Source: Micropepsaceae bacterium
GTDB lineage: Bacteria; Pseudomonadota; Alphaproteobacteria; Micropepsales; Micropepsaceae
DNA: 64,000 bases
Assembly: GCA_044375275.1 (NCBI GenBank)
Contig: JBILMZ010000001.1
Location: 414 to 64,413 of the forward strand
Reading direction: 5' to 3'
In this document: piece after piece, positions 50,493 to 59,344 of the stretch
How positions within the stretch are numbered: the first letter of the stretch is position 1
Layout: every line of letters begins with the position of its first letter
Notes under the pieces: generated by a model
What the model saw: the letters and a program-made list of their open reading frames with translations, nothing else
The model's database searches: none
What the model was told of the DNA's origin: nothing
Translations under genes and position numbers: made by a program

Positions 50493-52055
50493 ATGCATCA
50501 GGAAACAGAGCTCAAATTCGTGGGTACCGAAGATGCGATGGCAGCGCTTCGTCAGTCCGGTGAATTGCTGGAACTGGCGGGAACGCGTCGGGCGCGAACG
50601 ATGGTCAGGCGTGCCGTGTATTTCGACTCCGCTGATCATCTGCTCAGGAAAGCCGGCTATGTGCTGCGGGTGCGCAATGAAGGAAACTCGTACTCCCAGA
50701 CCCTTAAGCACCTTGGATCCGGAGAGCTCGTCACACGCCCTGAATTCAAGTCTGACGTGTCGAATGTCCGACCCGAGCTTGATGCCATTCCCGACAGCCG
50801 CGTTCGCTGGCGGATCACACATCTTTTGAAGGACAAGAAGCTCGAGCCGATCTTCGAGGTGGATACCCGCCGCACCAAGATCCTTCTGATGCCCAAGCGC
50901 AATGTGGAAATCGAGGCGGCCTTTGACTCTGGCGAGATCCGACTGGCTGACGGCTCCCGTCGCAGCACGCCGATCAGCGAGTTTGAAGTAGAGCTTCTGC
51001 GTGGCGGCGTTGATGAGCTGTTCTCGGTTGCGCGACGCCTCACCAAAGATTTGCCTCTGACGCTATCCGTCCTTTCAAAGCCGGACAGAGGGTTTCGGCT
51101 CGCTCGAAACGAAGAGCGCCAAGCTTACCATTCGACAGGCGTTCAGCTGAAGACGTCGACCAGCGCCGACGATGCGGTTTCTGCCATCATCAGTGAGTGT
51201 CTGCATCACCTCCTGAACAATTTTGAAGTCGTTCAGGCTGGAGGTGAGGCAGAAGGCATTCATCAAATGCGCGTGGCGCTGCGCAAGCTGCGGGTTGCGC
51301 TGTCGTTACTGTCGCCCGAGCAGAGAGCGCCGCTAGCCGGGTTGGCGGCGCAAGCGCGCGACGTGGCAAGGGTGCTTGGTGACGGACGCGACTACGACGT
51401 GCTGCTGACAGACATGACTTTTCCGGTCGCCAAAAAGCTGGGAAAGGATGGCGAGTTTTCGCGCCTGGTGCTTGCAATCGAGGCGCGGCGGGCCAGGAAC
51501 CAGGAGGCGATCAGAGCCTGTCTATCGTCACCGAGCTTCCGGTCCTTTGTTGTCGAGGTTGCAGCGGTCACTTACCAGCGGCCCTGGCTTTCAAATGCTT
51601 CCATGCACAGCACGATGGAATCCGATGTATCGTCTTTTGCACGGCGGCAAGTTCACCGGCGCATCTCCCAGTCAAGCAAGGCTGTCCTCAAGTCGGGCAA
51701 ACTCAAAACAGCCGAAATGCATGCACTTCGGATCAAGCTTAAGAAGCTGCGCTACACAACCGAGTTCTTCGAAACCGTACTTCCCAAACGATCCGCGCGC
51801 GGATTGCTCAAGCCCATTTCCCGGCTTCAGACGATGCTCGGCAAAATGAATGATGCGGTGGTGACACGTACGCTTATTCGCGACCTGCTGTCGGAGCAGA
51901 GGGTGGGGGAGGATGCTTCCGCGCTTGCCCTTGCAGGCGGACTGCTCATCGGATGGCATGGCCGGCGCGGGGTAGAGAAACGCACCCGAGCGCGCAAGCT
52001 GCTGCGCAAGCTTGTCAGGTCGGATGCGTTCCGAAAATTTGACTCACACATTTAG
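50493..52055 (+). CDS. CYTH + CHAD domain protein (inorganic triphosphatase-like)
   Basis: ATG 50493 gives MHQETELKF (CYTH ExExK). The CHAD helix motif IHQMRVALRKLRVAL recurs as HALRIKLKKLRYTTEFF. Confidence 0.88.
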   Translation: MHQETELKFVGTEDAMAALRQSGELLELAGTRRARTMVRRAVYFDSADHLLRKAGYVLRVRNEGNSYSQTLKHLGSGELVTRPEFKSDVSNVRPELDAIPDSRVRWRITHLLKDKKLEPIFEVDTRRTKILLMPKRNVEIEAAFDSGEIRLADGSRRSTPISEFEVELLRGGVDELFSVARRLTKDLPLTLSVLSKPDRGFRLARNEERQAYHSTGVQLKTSTSADDAVSAIISECLHHLLNNFEVVQAGGEAEGIHQMRVALRKLRVALSLLSPEQRAPLAGLAAQARDVARVLGDGRDYDVLLTDMTFPVAKKLGKDGEFSRLVLAIEARRARNQEAIRACLSSPSFRSFVVEVAAVTYQRPWLSNASMHSTMESDVSSFARRQVHRRISQSSKAVLKSGKLKTAEMHALRIKLKKLRYTTEFFETVLPKRSARGLLKPISRLQTMLGKMNDAVVTRTLIRDLLSEQRVGEDASALALAGGLLIGWHGRRGVEKRTRARKLLRKLVRSDAFRKFDSHI

Positions 52056-53399
52056 CAGCAGATGCTGTCTCTCCCAGGGGCTGATGACCTGCTGGTATGC
52101 ATCATGTTCCGAAGCCTTGACGTCAGAATACAGGTCAACAAAACTTGCCCCGAGTACTTCCCTGAGGTCGGCTGAGCCCCGGAAGCGCTGTATGGCGTCC
52201 AGAAGATGACGTGGCAACTGGTACTTCATTGATTCATAGGCATTGCCTTCCATCGGCTTTGTCGGCGTCAGGTTCTGCGTCATGCCCAGGTACCCGCAAG
52301 CCAGTGTCGAGGCGATTGCAAGATATGGATTGGAGTCTGCGCCGGGCACGCGGTTTTCTATTCTCCGGCTCTTCTGTTCCGATTCAGGAACACGCAGCCC
52401 GACGGTGCGATTCTCATGTCCCCAGTGCGTGTTCACCGGGGCTGACAGGTAGCGAACCAGGCGTCGATAGGAGTTCACGTAGGGAGCTATGAGCGGCATG
52501 GATGCCGGCAAGTATTTCTGAAGGCCAGCGATGTAGGCCAGAAACAGGCGTGTGTCCTTGCCGTTCTTGTTGGAGAACAGGTTCCTTCCGGTGCGCGCGT
52601 CCACGATGCTCTGGTGGATGTGCATCGCACTTCCCGGCTCCTGCTCGTAGGGCTTGGCCATGAAGGTTGCATAGATATCGTGGCGCAAGGCGGCCTGCCG
52701 TACGGTGCGCTTGAACAGGAAGGTCTGATCGGCGAGCTGGAGCGGATCGCCGTGGTAGAAGTTGATTTCGCACTGCGCGACGCCTTCCTCATGGATGAGG
52801 CTGTCGATGCCGATCTCCTGTGCTTCGCAGTAGTCGTAAACGTCCTCGAACATTGGGTCGAATTCATTTACAGCGTCGATCGCGTAAGCCTGACGGCCCG
52901 TCTGCGGCCGGCCTGACTTGCCGGCGGGAGGCAAGAGCGGATAGTCCGGATCAATGTTCTTCTGTGCCAGATAGAATTCGAGCTCTGGCGCCACGACCGG
53001 TCGCCAGTTCCTTTCCTTGAACCGCGCCAGAAGATCCTTCAGCACCTGCCGCGGAGCATGCGGGTTTGGCTTTCCCTTGCGATCCACACAATCACAGACC
53101 ACCTGCGCCGTAGGTTCCCGGTACCAGGGCACCACGCAAATCGTATCTGCGTCCGGCACAAGGATCATGTCGGGAGCCTGATAGGACAGTTTTTCGGTTT
53201 CGGCGTCGGCGCCGGTCACCATTTGTCCAAACACGCTTTCAGGCAGTCGCAGCGTGTCGTTGTCCAGGCCTGACAGGAATTTGCTGGTCGGCAAAATCTT
53301 GCCGCGTGCAATTCCAGCCATGTCGGGTACCAGCAGCTCGACTTCCGTGATGCGACGCTCCTTGAGCCACTCTTTCAGTTCTGCCCTGTTTCGTGTCAT
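52044..53399 (-). CDS. Glutamine synthetase family protein (gamma-glutamyl-polyamine synthetase, PuuA-like)
   Basis: ELEFYL, EEGVAQCEINF, GSAMHIHQS, NSYRRL, ENR.PG.D.NPYL, GS catalytic motifs. The start was trimmed to ATG 53399 (ATGA overlap with the upstream gene). Confidence 0.9.
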   Translation of the reverse strand: MTRNRAELKEWLKERRITEVELLVPDMAGIARGKILPTSKFLSGLDNDTLRLPESVFGQMVTGADAETEKLSYQAPDMILVPDADTICVVPWYREPTAQVVCDCVDRKGKPNPHAPRQVLKDLLARFKERNWRPVVAPELEFYLAQKNIDPDYPLLPPAGKSGRPQTGRQAYAIDAVNEFDPMFEDVYDYCEAQEIGIDSLIHEEGVAQCEINFYHGDPLQLADQTFLFKRTVRQAALRHDIYATFMAKPYEQEPGSAMHIHQSIVDARTGRNLFSNKNGKDTRLFLAYIAGLQKYLPASMPLIAPYVNSYRRLVRYLSAPVNTHWGHENRTVGLRVPESEQKSRRIENRVPGADSNPYLAIASTLACGYLGMTQNLTPTKPMEGNAYESMKYQLPRHLLDAIQRFRGSADLREVLGASFVDLYSDVKASEHDAYQQVISPWERQHLLLNV

Positions 53400-54166
53400 G
53401 GACGCCCCCCGTCCGATAGTGCTTGCGTGTTCAATGCCTGTCCAAATGCCTGCAGAAGGCCGGTCGAAAACCTGTCCTCCCAGTACTTCCACTCCGGGTG
53501 CCATTGCACGCCGAGTGCGAAGGTCTTCGCCTGTGTCGGGCGAATGGCTTCGATGGTGCCGTCTGACGCCCAGGCCTCAACAGTGAGGCCCTCTCCGAGG
53601 CGGTCCACTCCCTGGCCATGCAGCGAGTTCACTCGGATGGAATGACTGCCGGCGATGCGTCTCAGGAGGCCGCCATCCACGAGTTCGATTTCATGGGCAG
53701 GCGCGTACTGGACATCCAGTGATGCCGTCTTGTCTTCCCTGTGGTCGAAGCGGCCGGGGGCTTCCTCCAGATGCTGGTGAAGTGAACCGCCGAACGCCAC
53801 ATTCATTTCCTGAAACCCGCGGCACACTGCAAAGAACGGCTTGCCGAGGTCGATGACCTTGCGAATGAGCGGGATGCTGGTTGCGTCCCGGCGCGTATCC
53901 TGTAGCACATTCGCCCTGGGCTCGACGCCGCCATAGATCGTTGGTGACACGTTGGATGGTGATCCTGTCAGGAAAACGCCATCAACCGTTTCGAGGATCT
54001 CGTCCAGCGACAGGGGATCCTGCAGTACCGGGATCAGCACGGGCAGGGCGCCGGCGCCATCGCGTACGGCGTTTATGTACTTCTCGCCAACCGCATGAAA
54101 CGGATGCGGCCCGATCATCCTGTGGTCACAGGGTATGCCGACAACTGGTCTTTTCTTCCGGGTCAT
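53396..54166 (-). CDS. Gamma-glutamyl-gamma-aminobutyrate hydrolase family (class I GATase, peptidase C26; PuuD-like)
   Basis: FAVCRGFQEMNVAFGGSL (nucleophile Cys), VNSLHGQG, GVQWHPE. Confidence 0.9.
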   Translation of the reverse strand: MTRKKRPVVGIPCDHRMIGPHPFHAVGEKYINAVRDGAGALPVLIPVLQDPLSLDEILETVDGVFLTGSPSNVSPTIYGGVEPRANVLQDTRRDATSIPLIRKVIDLGKPFFAVCRGFQEMNVAFGGSLHQHLEEAPGRFDHREDKTASLDVQYAPAHEIELVDGGLLRRIAGSHSIRVNSLHGQGVDRLGEGLTVEAWASDGTIEAIRPTQAKTFALGVQWHPEWKYWEDRFSTGLLQAFGQALNTQALSDGGRP

Positions 54167-54214
54167 GTGCCATCGCTAGCACCGCCCCTGAGACTGCAGC
54201 AAGGCGCGGCGGGA

Positions 54215-54829
54215 TTAATCGTCTTTTCGGCCAAAACGGTCGACGTCACGCAAAACGAACAGTTCTGGTGACAGCTGGATTTCCGTCTGCGGGCCCTTCA
54301 GCGCAATCATAGTCTGCAAGCCTTGAGCATCGGTAATGATCCACTGGGCGATTTCGATCGAGGGATACCTGAATATCAGGGTTACCTGACCCTTAAGGGG
54401 ACCGGACTTTTCCGTGGCTGTCACCCGCAAGGCGCCTGCCTGGCGTTCAACGGCCGTGACGCGCGGGTCTTTCGTGAGGTCAATGTTTTCCTTGAGAATT
54501 ATGTTTAACGGGTTCTCAATCAGCGGGTACCGGTCGACCGTGCGCAGCTTGCTGTTGGCCACGGCGATGGTCACGCCGTCCGACACGATCAGGTAGGGGC
54601 TGGGCGGGGCATATTCAAAACGGAGCCGTCCCGGCTTGCGCGCATAGACGACGCCCTGGTCCAGCTCTCCGTTCGGTCCAACCTGCACAAAACTGGATTT
54701 CAGGGAGGTGATGGCGTTCAGGTACGCGGAGACCTTGGCCAGATCGGCCAGATCCTGCGGCTTCACGGGGGCAGCCTGGGCGCTTGTCGTTAACGCGAGA
54801 ACGGCAACGAGGAGAAATGCTCTGAACAT
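54215..54829 (-). CDS. lolA: Outer-membrane lipoprotein carrier protein LolA-like
   Basis: Signal peptide MFRAFLLVAVLALTTSAQA. SLKSSFVQV.PNG....G.VY..KPGRLRFEY, a LolA pattern. Confidence 0.85.
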   Translation of the reverse strand: MFRAFLLVAVLALTTSAQAAPVKPQDLADLAKVSAYLNAITSLKSSFVQVGPNGELDQGVVYARKPGRLRFEYAPPSPYLIVSDGVTIAVANSKLRTVDRYPLIENPLNIILKENIDLTKDPRVTAVERQAGALRVTATEKSGPLKGQVTLIFRYPSIEIAQWIITDAQGLQTMIALKGPQTEIQLSPELFVLRDVDRFGRKDD

Positions 54830-54983
54830 GGGATTCGGGTTTCCGGCAGGGGTTCGGGGCGCGATCTAGACGGGAACTGTGTCAAAAGGAAGGATAACCG
54901 CAGGGGGCAAATCTCGTCTACACTGCTGGCGGTGGGGGGTTGCCATTAATTCAACGAAATGATTGGCAGCGGGGCAGGGAAGC

Positions 54984-55595
54984 ATGATCGATATCTTGCA
55001 GCAGCTGGTCACAGATCCGGCCGGTCCATTCGGGCTGAAGGAAGAGTTTCTGCAGAATGCGCTGGTGGAAGCGGCCGGGTTCGTTCTGGGCGCCCTGTTT
55101 TTTTCCATCCTCATTCCGGTTGTCATTGATGTCCGGCAAAACCTCAGATGGCGTCCGGCACGACAAAACCTGGGGCAGGAACTGGTGCTACTGCACGTAG
55201 AGTTCGGCGACGCCCTGTCGCACTTCGTGCATTCTCCGGAAGGTCCTGCACGCGTGCGCGCCGCGGACGCCGTTGATCATGCCTTCAGGGCGATACCGGC
55301 GATGACGGGTCTTTTCGGCTATGCGCTGACGGCCCGCATCTCGAGAGAGGTGAATGACTACATGCGCATCCTGCGCGGGATCCGGGATTGGGCGCACAAG
55401 GCTGCCCATCCTGAAGACAGCACCTTTGCTTCTGCTGAGCGCAGGGTTGTTCAAAGCCGGACCATGTTCGAAATGGCGAACGCCGAGTTTGCTGAAGTGA
55501 TGAGCGTGCTCGGCGTAAAGGGATTCAAGGACGTGCGCTGGCCCGACGAACTCATCGAGGAATTGATGAAGGCCTTCGATGCGTCGCGATCCTGA
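54984..55595 (+). CDS. Hypothetical single-TM protein
   Basis: ATG 54984 (the track TTG at 54963 is less likely). TM AAGFVLGALFFSILIPVVI. No recognised domain. Confidence 0.5.
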   Translation: MIDILQQLVTDPAGPFGLKEEFLQNALVEAAGFVLGALFFSILIPVVIDVRQNLRWRPARQNLGQELVLLHVEFGDALSHFVHSPEGPARVRAADAVDHAFRAIPAMTGLFGYALTARISREVNDYMRILRGIRDWAHKAAHPEDSTFASAERRVVQSRTMFEMANAEFAEVMSVLGVKGFKDVRWPDELIEELMKAFDASRS

Positions 55596-55609
55596 ACACG
55601 CGACGCATC
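55578..55609. terminator. Perfect 11-bp inverted repeat between convergent genes (bidirectional terminator candidate)
   Basis: GATGCGTCGCG (55578-55588), 10-nt loop, CGCGACGCATC (55599-55609). It spans the stop codon of the 54984-55595 CDS and ends 17 nt before the ftsK stop. Confidence 0.5.
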
Positions 55610-55625
55610 GGACTTGTGGTGAGGG

Positions 55626-58091
55626 CTAGTCGCCGCGCCCCGAGTGATCGCTGATGAGGATCTCCCGCTTCCCGGCGTGATTGGGTGCCGAGATGACGCC
55701 TTCCTCTTCCATCTTCTCGATGATCCGGGCGGCCCGATTGTAGCCGATCTGAAGCCTGCGCTGGATGTACGACGTGGAGACCTTCCGGTCGCGCGCGATG
55801 ATTGCCACGGCCTGATCATAAAGATCGTCGCCACTGCCTTCACCTTCGCCTTCAAGCAGGCCCGCTGCCTCGGGTTCTTCCGGCTCTTCCGTGATCGCGT
55901 CGAGGTAGGACGGTTCGCCCTGTGTCTTGAGGTACTTCACAACGGCTTCGACTTCATCATCGGACACGAAGGGGCCGTGGACGCGGCGGATGCGGCCGCC
56001 GCCTTCCATGAGCAACATGTCGCCCTGACCGAGCAGCTGTTCAGCACCCTGTTCGCCGAGAATGGTCCGGCTGTCGATCTTGGACGTTACCTGGAAGGAG
56101 ATGCGTGTCGGGAAGTTTGCCTTGATCGTGCCCGTGATGACGTCGACCGACGGACGCTGTGTGGCCGTGATGATATGGATACCGGCCGCGCGCGCCATCT
56201 GCGCCAGGCGCTGAACCGCGGCTTCGATGTCCTTGCCGGCAACCATCATCAGGTCTGCCATTTCGTCGACGATCACCACGATGTACGGCATGTGGTCGAG
56301 GGGGAGCGTTTCTTCCTCGTAAAGCGGTTCTCCCGTCTGGCTGTCGAAGCCGGTCTGGACCGTGCGCTTCAGGAGTTCGCCCTTTGATTTCGCGCGGGAA
56401 ATGCGTTCGTTGTAGCCCTTGATGTTGCGGACGCCGACTTTCGACATGCGGCGATAGCGATCTTCCATTTCGCGGACAGTCCACTTCAGCGCGACGATGG
56501 CTTTCTTGGGATCCGTGACGACGGGCGACAGGAGGTGCGGGATGCCGTCATAGGCGGAGAGTTCCAGCATCTTCGGGTCGATCATGATCAGCTTGCACTG
56601 GTCCGGCGACAGCCGATAGAGCAGGGACAGGATCATGGTGTTGATGGCAACGGATTTTCCTGATCCCGTCGTACCTGCAATCAAGAGGTGGGGCATACGC
56701 GTCAGGTCTGCCACCACCGGTTCGCCGCCGATGTTCTTTCCAAGCGCGAGTACAAGGTCGACAGCCTCGCTGTCGTATTCCGGCGTCGACAGGAGGTCAC
56801 GCAGAAGCACCTTTTCACGCTTCTGGTTCGGAAGCTCGATGCCGATGACATTTCGACCCGGGACTGCTGCCACGCGGGCCGAGACAGCGCTCATCGATCG
56901 GGCAATGTCGTCTGCAAGGGATATGACCCTGCTGGAGCGAATGCCCGCGGCCGGCTCGAATTCATAGAGTGTCACCACCGGACCCGGACGAACCTGGGTG
57001 ATCTGGCCCCGAACACCAAAGTCGGCCAGCACGCTCTCGAGCATTCTTGCATTCTGCTCGAGCGTTTCGTCCGACTCCTTGACGCCCTGGCTACCCTTGT
57101 TTTTTTCGAGCAGGTTGAGCGAAGGCAGCTGATACTCGGAGCGCGCATCGAGACGGAAGGCTGAAAGTGCGGAACGCTGTTCCGGCGCGGCGGTACGTGC
57201 CGGGTTCATGCGCATGACGCGCAGTTCCCGTGGCGTGGCGGTTGATGGCGCCACAGGTTCAACGATCGGAACCTGCTCTGCCACGGGTGCAATCGCAACC
57301 CTCGGTTCGAGCCTGGCTGCTGGCGCCACCGTGCGCCGCGGTGCCTGGAGCGAAGCAGTCATGCTGGCGATCGAGCGTGAAAGCGTATCTGCGATGTTTC
57401 CGACCGGAATGGACGGCATGGTCAGCTGGAACGGGTTGAGGCCGATGGCCCAGGCCATAAGCATCGTCCCCAGGATCCCGGGAAGGATGCTGGCAAAACC
57501 ATCCGGCGTCGGAATTCCCAGCGAGCCGATGAAGCCCGACATGGTTTCAAACACTGTCAAGCCGACAGCGCCGCCGGCGCCTGCCTGCTGTTCCGAAAAC
57601 GTCTCCATCGAGATGAGGCTTGCGCAGGTGGCCAGTGCGACCATTGCAAACACCCAGGAGGCCGAACGTGAGGCCAGCTTCAAGCCCACGCGGCCATCGA
57701 CGAGCCAGACACCCCACAGCAGGGGAGGGAGCACTGCAACCCAGCTGGCGATGCCAAAGGTCTGAAACAGCAAGTCCGCGATGGATGCGCCCCAGGGTCC
57801 CAATGCGTTCTGCGTTTCCAATGCGCTGGCATTGTTCCAGCTTGGATCATTCGCGTTATGCGTTGCGAGCGCGATCAGACATCCGATCGCTGCGATGATC
57901 ATCGACAGCCCGGTCAACCGAATGGTCAGACGATGCGCCGTCGTTGCAACTGCATCCCTCCATCCTGTCCATTCCTCAGGCAAGAGAGGAATCCTCTCGA
58001 ACGAGGCGAAGGCACGTGAGACGGGATGGAAGTGACTCATTCTGTAACTCGCTGATTTGAGCTTGACCATCGCGCGCATTGCGCGCGTCAT
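55626..58091 (-). CDS. ftsK: DNA translocase FtsK
   Basis: N-terminal TM segments, Pro/Ala linker, motor domain with PHLLIAGTTGSGKSV (Walker A), IVVIVDE.ADLMM, TQRPSVDVITG. C-terminal gamma domain STSYIQRRLQIGYNRAARIIE. ATG 58091 overlaps the upstream stop (TGATG), and later starts are possible. Confidence 0.95.
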   Translation of the reverse strand: MTRAMRAMVKLKSASYRMSHFHPVSRAFASFERIPLLPEEWTGWRDAVATTAHRLTIRLTGLSMIIAAIGCLIALATHNANDPSWNNASALETQNALGPWGASIADLLFQTFGIASWVAVLPPLLWGVWLVDGRVGLKLASRSASWVFAMVALATCASLISMETFSEQQAGAGGAVGLTVFETMSGFIGSLGIPTPDGFASILPGILGTMLMAWAIGLNPFQLTMPSIPVGNIADTLSRSIASMTASLQAPRRTVAPAARLEPRVAIAPVAEQVPIVEPVAPSTATPRELRVMRMNPARTAAPEQRSALSAFRLDARSEYQLPSLNLLEKNKGSQGVKESDETLEQNARMLESVLADFGVRGQITQVRPGPVVTLYEFEPAAGIRSSRVISLADDIARSMSAVSARVAAVPGRNVIGIELPNQKREKVLLRDLLSTPEYDSEAVDLVLALGKNIGGEPVVADLTRMPHLLIAGTTGSGKSVAINTMILSLLYRLSPDQCKLIMIDPKMLELSAYDGIPHLLSPVVTDPKKAIVALKWTVREMEDRYRRMSKVGVRNIKGYNERISRAKSKGELLKRTVQTGFDSQTGEPLYEEETLPLDHMPYIVVIVDEMADLMMVAGKDIEAAVQRLAQMARAAGIHIITATQRPSVDVITGTIKANFPTRISFQVTSKIDSRTILGEQGAEQLLGQGDMLLMEGGGRIRRVHGPFVSDDEVEAVVKYLKTQGEPSYLDAITEEPEEPEAAGLLEGEGEGSGDDLYDQAVAIIARDRKVSTSYIQRRLQIGYNRAARIIEKMEEEGVISAPNHAGKREILISDHSGRGD

Positions 58092-59263
58092 CACAAGGTC
58101 TGTGTAAGTCTATCAAGTGCATCAGATGTCGTTGCAAAGTCGTTAACCAGCGCAACGCGAATGAAGCGTTTTGCTGGATTTCCTGCAGAAGATTCTTTTG
58201 CAAGAAACTCACCCGGCAAAACTTTCACGCCTGCTTCACGCCAAAGTCTCATTGCGGCACTTGTGCCGTCCTCCACATCCAGCCAGAGAAAGAAACCGCC
58301 TTCCGGTATTCGAAAGCCAAAACGGTTGGACAGGCGCGTTCGTGCGGCTTCGAATTTCTGGCGATAAAGGTTCCTGTTTTCCTCGACGTGTTTTTCGTCC
58401 GACCACGCAGCTTCTGAAACAGCGGCGATCGGCAATGGAAGCTGTGGGCCTGCAACATTGCGAAACTCACGGAACCTCGCAATGATCGATGCGTCTCCTG
58501 CGACAAAGCCCGATCTCAGTCCCGCAAGACTGGAGCGCTTCGACAGTGAATGAAACACGAGCAGGTTTTTGAAATCGGGTGATGACTGCTGTCGAACGGA
58601 CAGCGCTCCGCACGGAGGCTTGTCGCAGTAGATTTCCGAGTAGCACTCATCCGCGAAAATGGTGATGTCGTGCTCGTCTGCGAGCGCGAACAACTTGCGC
58701 CAATAGGCTGCGTCGGCGGCCGCGCCTTCGGGATTGGAAGGCGAGCACATGTAGATGATGCTGGTGCGTGCCAGGAGTTCTGCTGGCAGCGAGGCGAAGT
58801 CCGGAAGAAAGCCCGTGTCTGCGGTTGCGTTGACATAAACGGGCTCGGCGCCTGCTGACAACGCCGCTGCCGCATAACACTGATAGAACGGGTTCGGGAT
58901 CAGCACGGCCGGCTTCTGTCCACGCTTGGAATCCGGGACAACAACGAACGGGGCCGTGAACAGTCCTTCGCGTGTTCCCACGAGTGGCAGGATCTGCGAT
59001 GCCGGCTGCACGCCAGACTGCAGACCGAAGCGACGGTTCAGCCAGAGGGCGATGGACTGCCTGAGTGACTCGGGACCAATGATCGGCGGGTAGCGACCAA
59101 ACTCGCTTGTGTGACGGGCCAGGATGTCACCCACAAAGCCTGGCACCGCGTGCTGCGGTTCGCCGACATGCATGTTGATGGGAGACTTGCCGGGCTGGAT
59201 GCCTTCCAGCAGCTTGTTCAGCCGCGTGAATGGAGAAACGGGAAGGGCATCAAAGCGGGACAT
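58091..59263 (-). CDS. Class I/II pyridoxal-phosphate-dependent aminotransferase (DapC/AlaT-like)
   Basis: Fold-type I pattern NPSNPEG, SLSKRSSLAGLRSGF (PLP Lys). The start is set at ATG 59263 because the track extension (TTG 59323) runs through the amtB terminator hairpin. Confidence 0.88.
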   Translation of the reverse strand: MSRFDALPVSPFTRLNKLLEGIQPGKSPINMHVGEPQHAVPGFVGDILARHTSEFGRYPPIIGPESLRQSIALWLNRRFGLQSGVQPASQILPLVGTREGLFTAPFVVVPDSKRGQKPAVLIPNPFYQCYAAAALSAGAEPVYVNATADTGFLPDFASLPAELLARTSIIYMCSPSNPEGAAADAAYWRKLFALADEHDITIFADECYSEIYCDKPPCGALSVRQQSSPDFKNLLVFHSLSKRSSLAGLRSGFVAGDASIIARFREFRNVAGPQLPLPIAAVSEAAWSDEKHVEENRNLYRQKFEAARTRLSNRFGFRIPEGGFFLWLDVEDGTSAAMRLWREAGVKVLPGEFLAKESSAGNPAKRFIRVALVNDFATTSDALDRLTQTL

Positions 59264-59301
59264 TGGCAAATCGCATCTCGGAAAATCGAGATGCAAGTAT
59301 A

Positions 59302-59331
59302 GGGGCACTTTGGTGATTGCCAAAGTGCCCC
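59302..59331 (-). terminator. Intrinsic terminator candidate after glnK-amtB
   Basis: Perfect 12-bp stem GGGGCACTTTGG / CCAAAGTGCCCC with a 6-nt loop. On the minus strand it starts 13 nt after the amtB stop and is followed by TATACTT. Confidence 0.65.
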
Positions 59332-59344
59332 AAACGTCGTGGCG

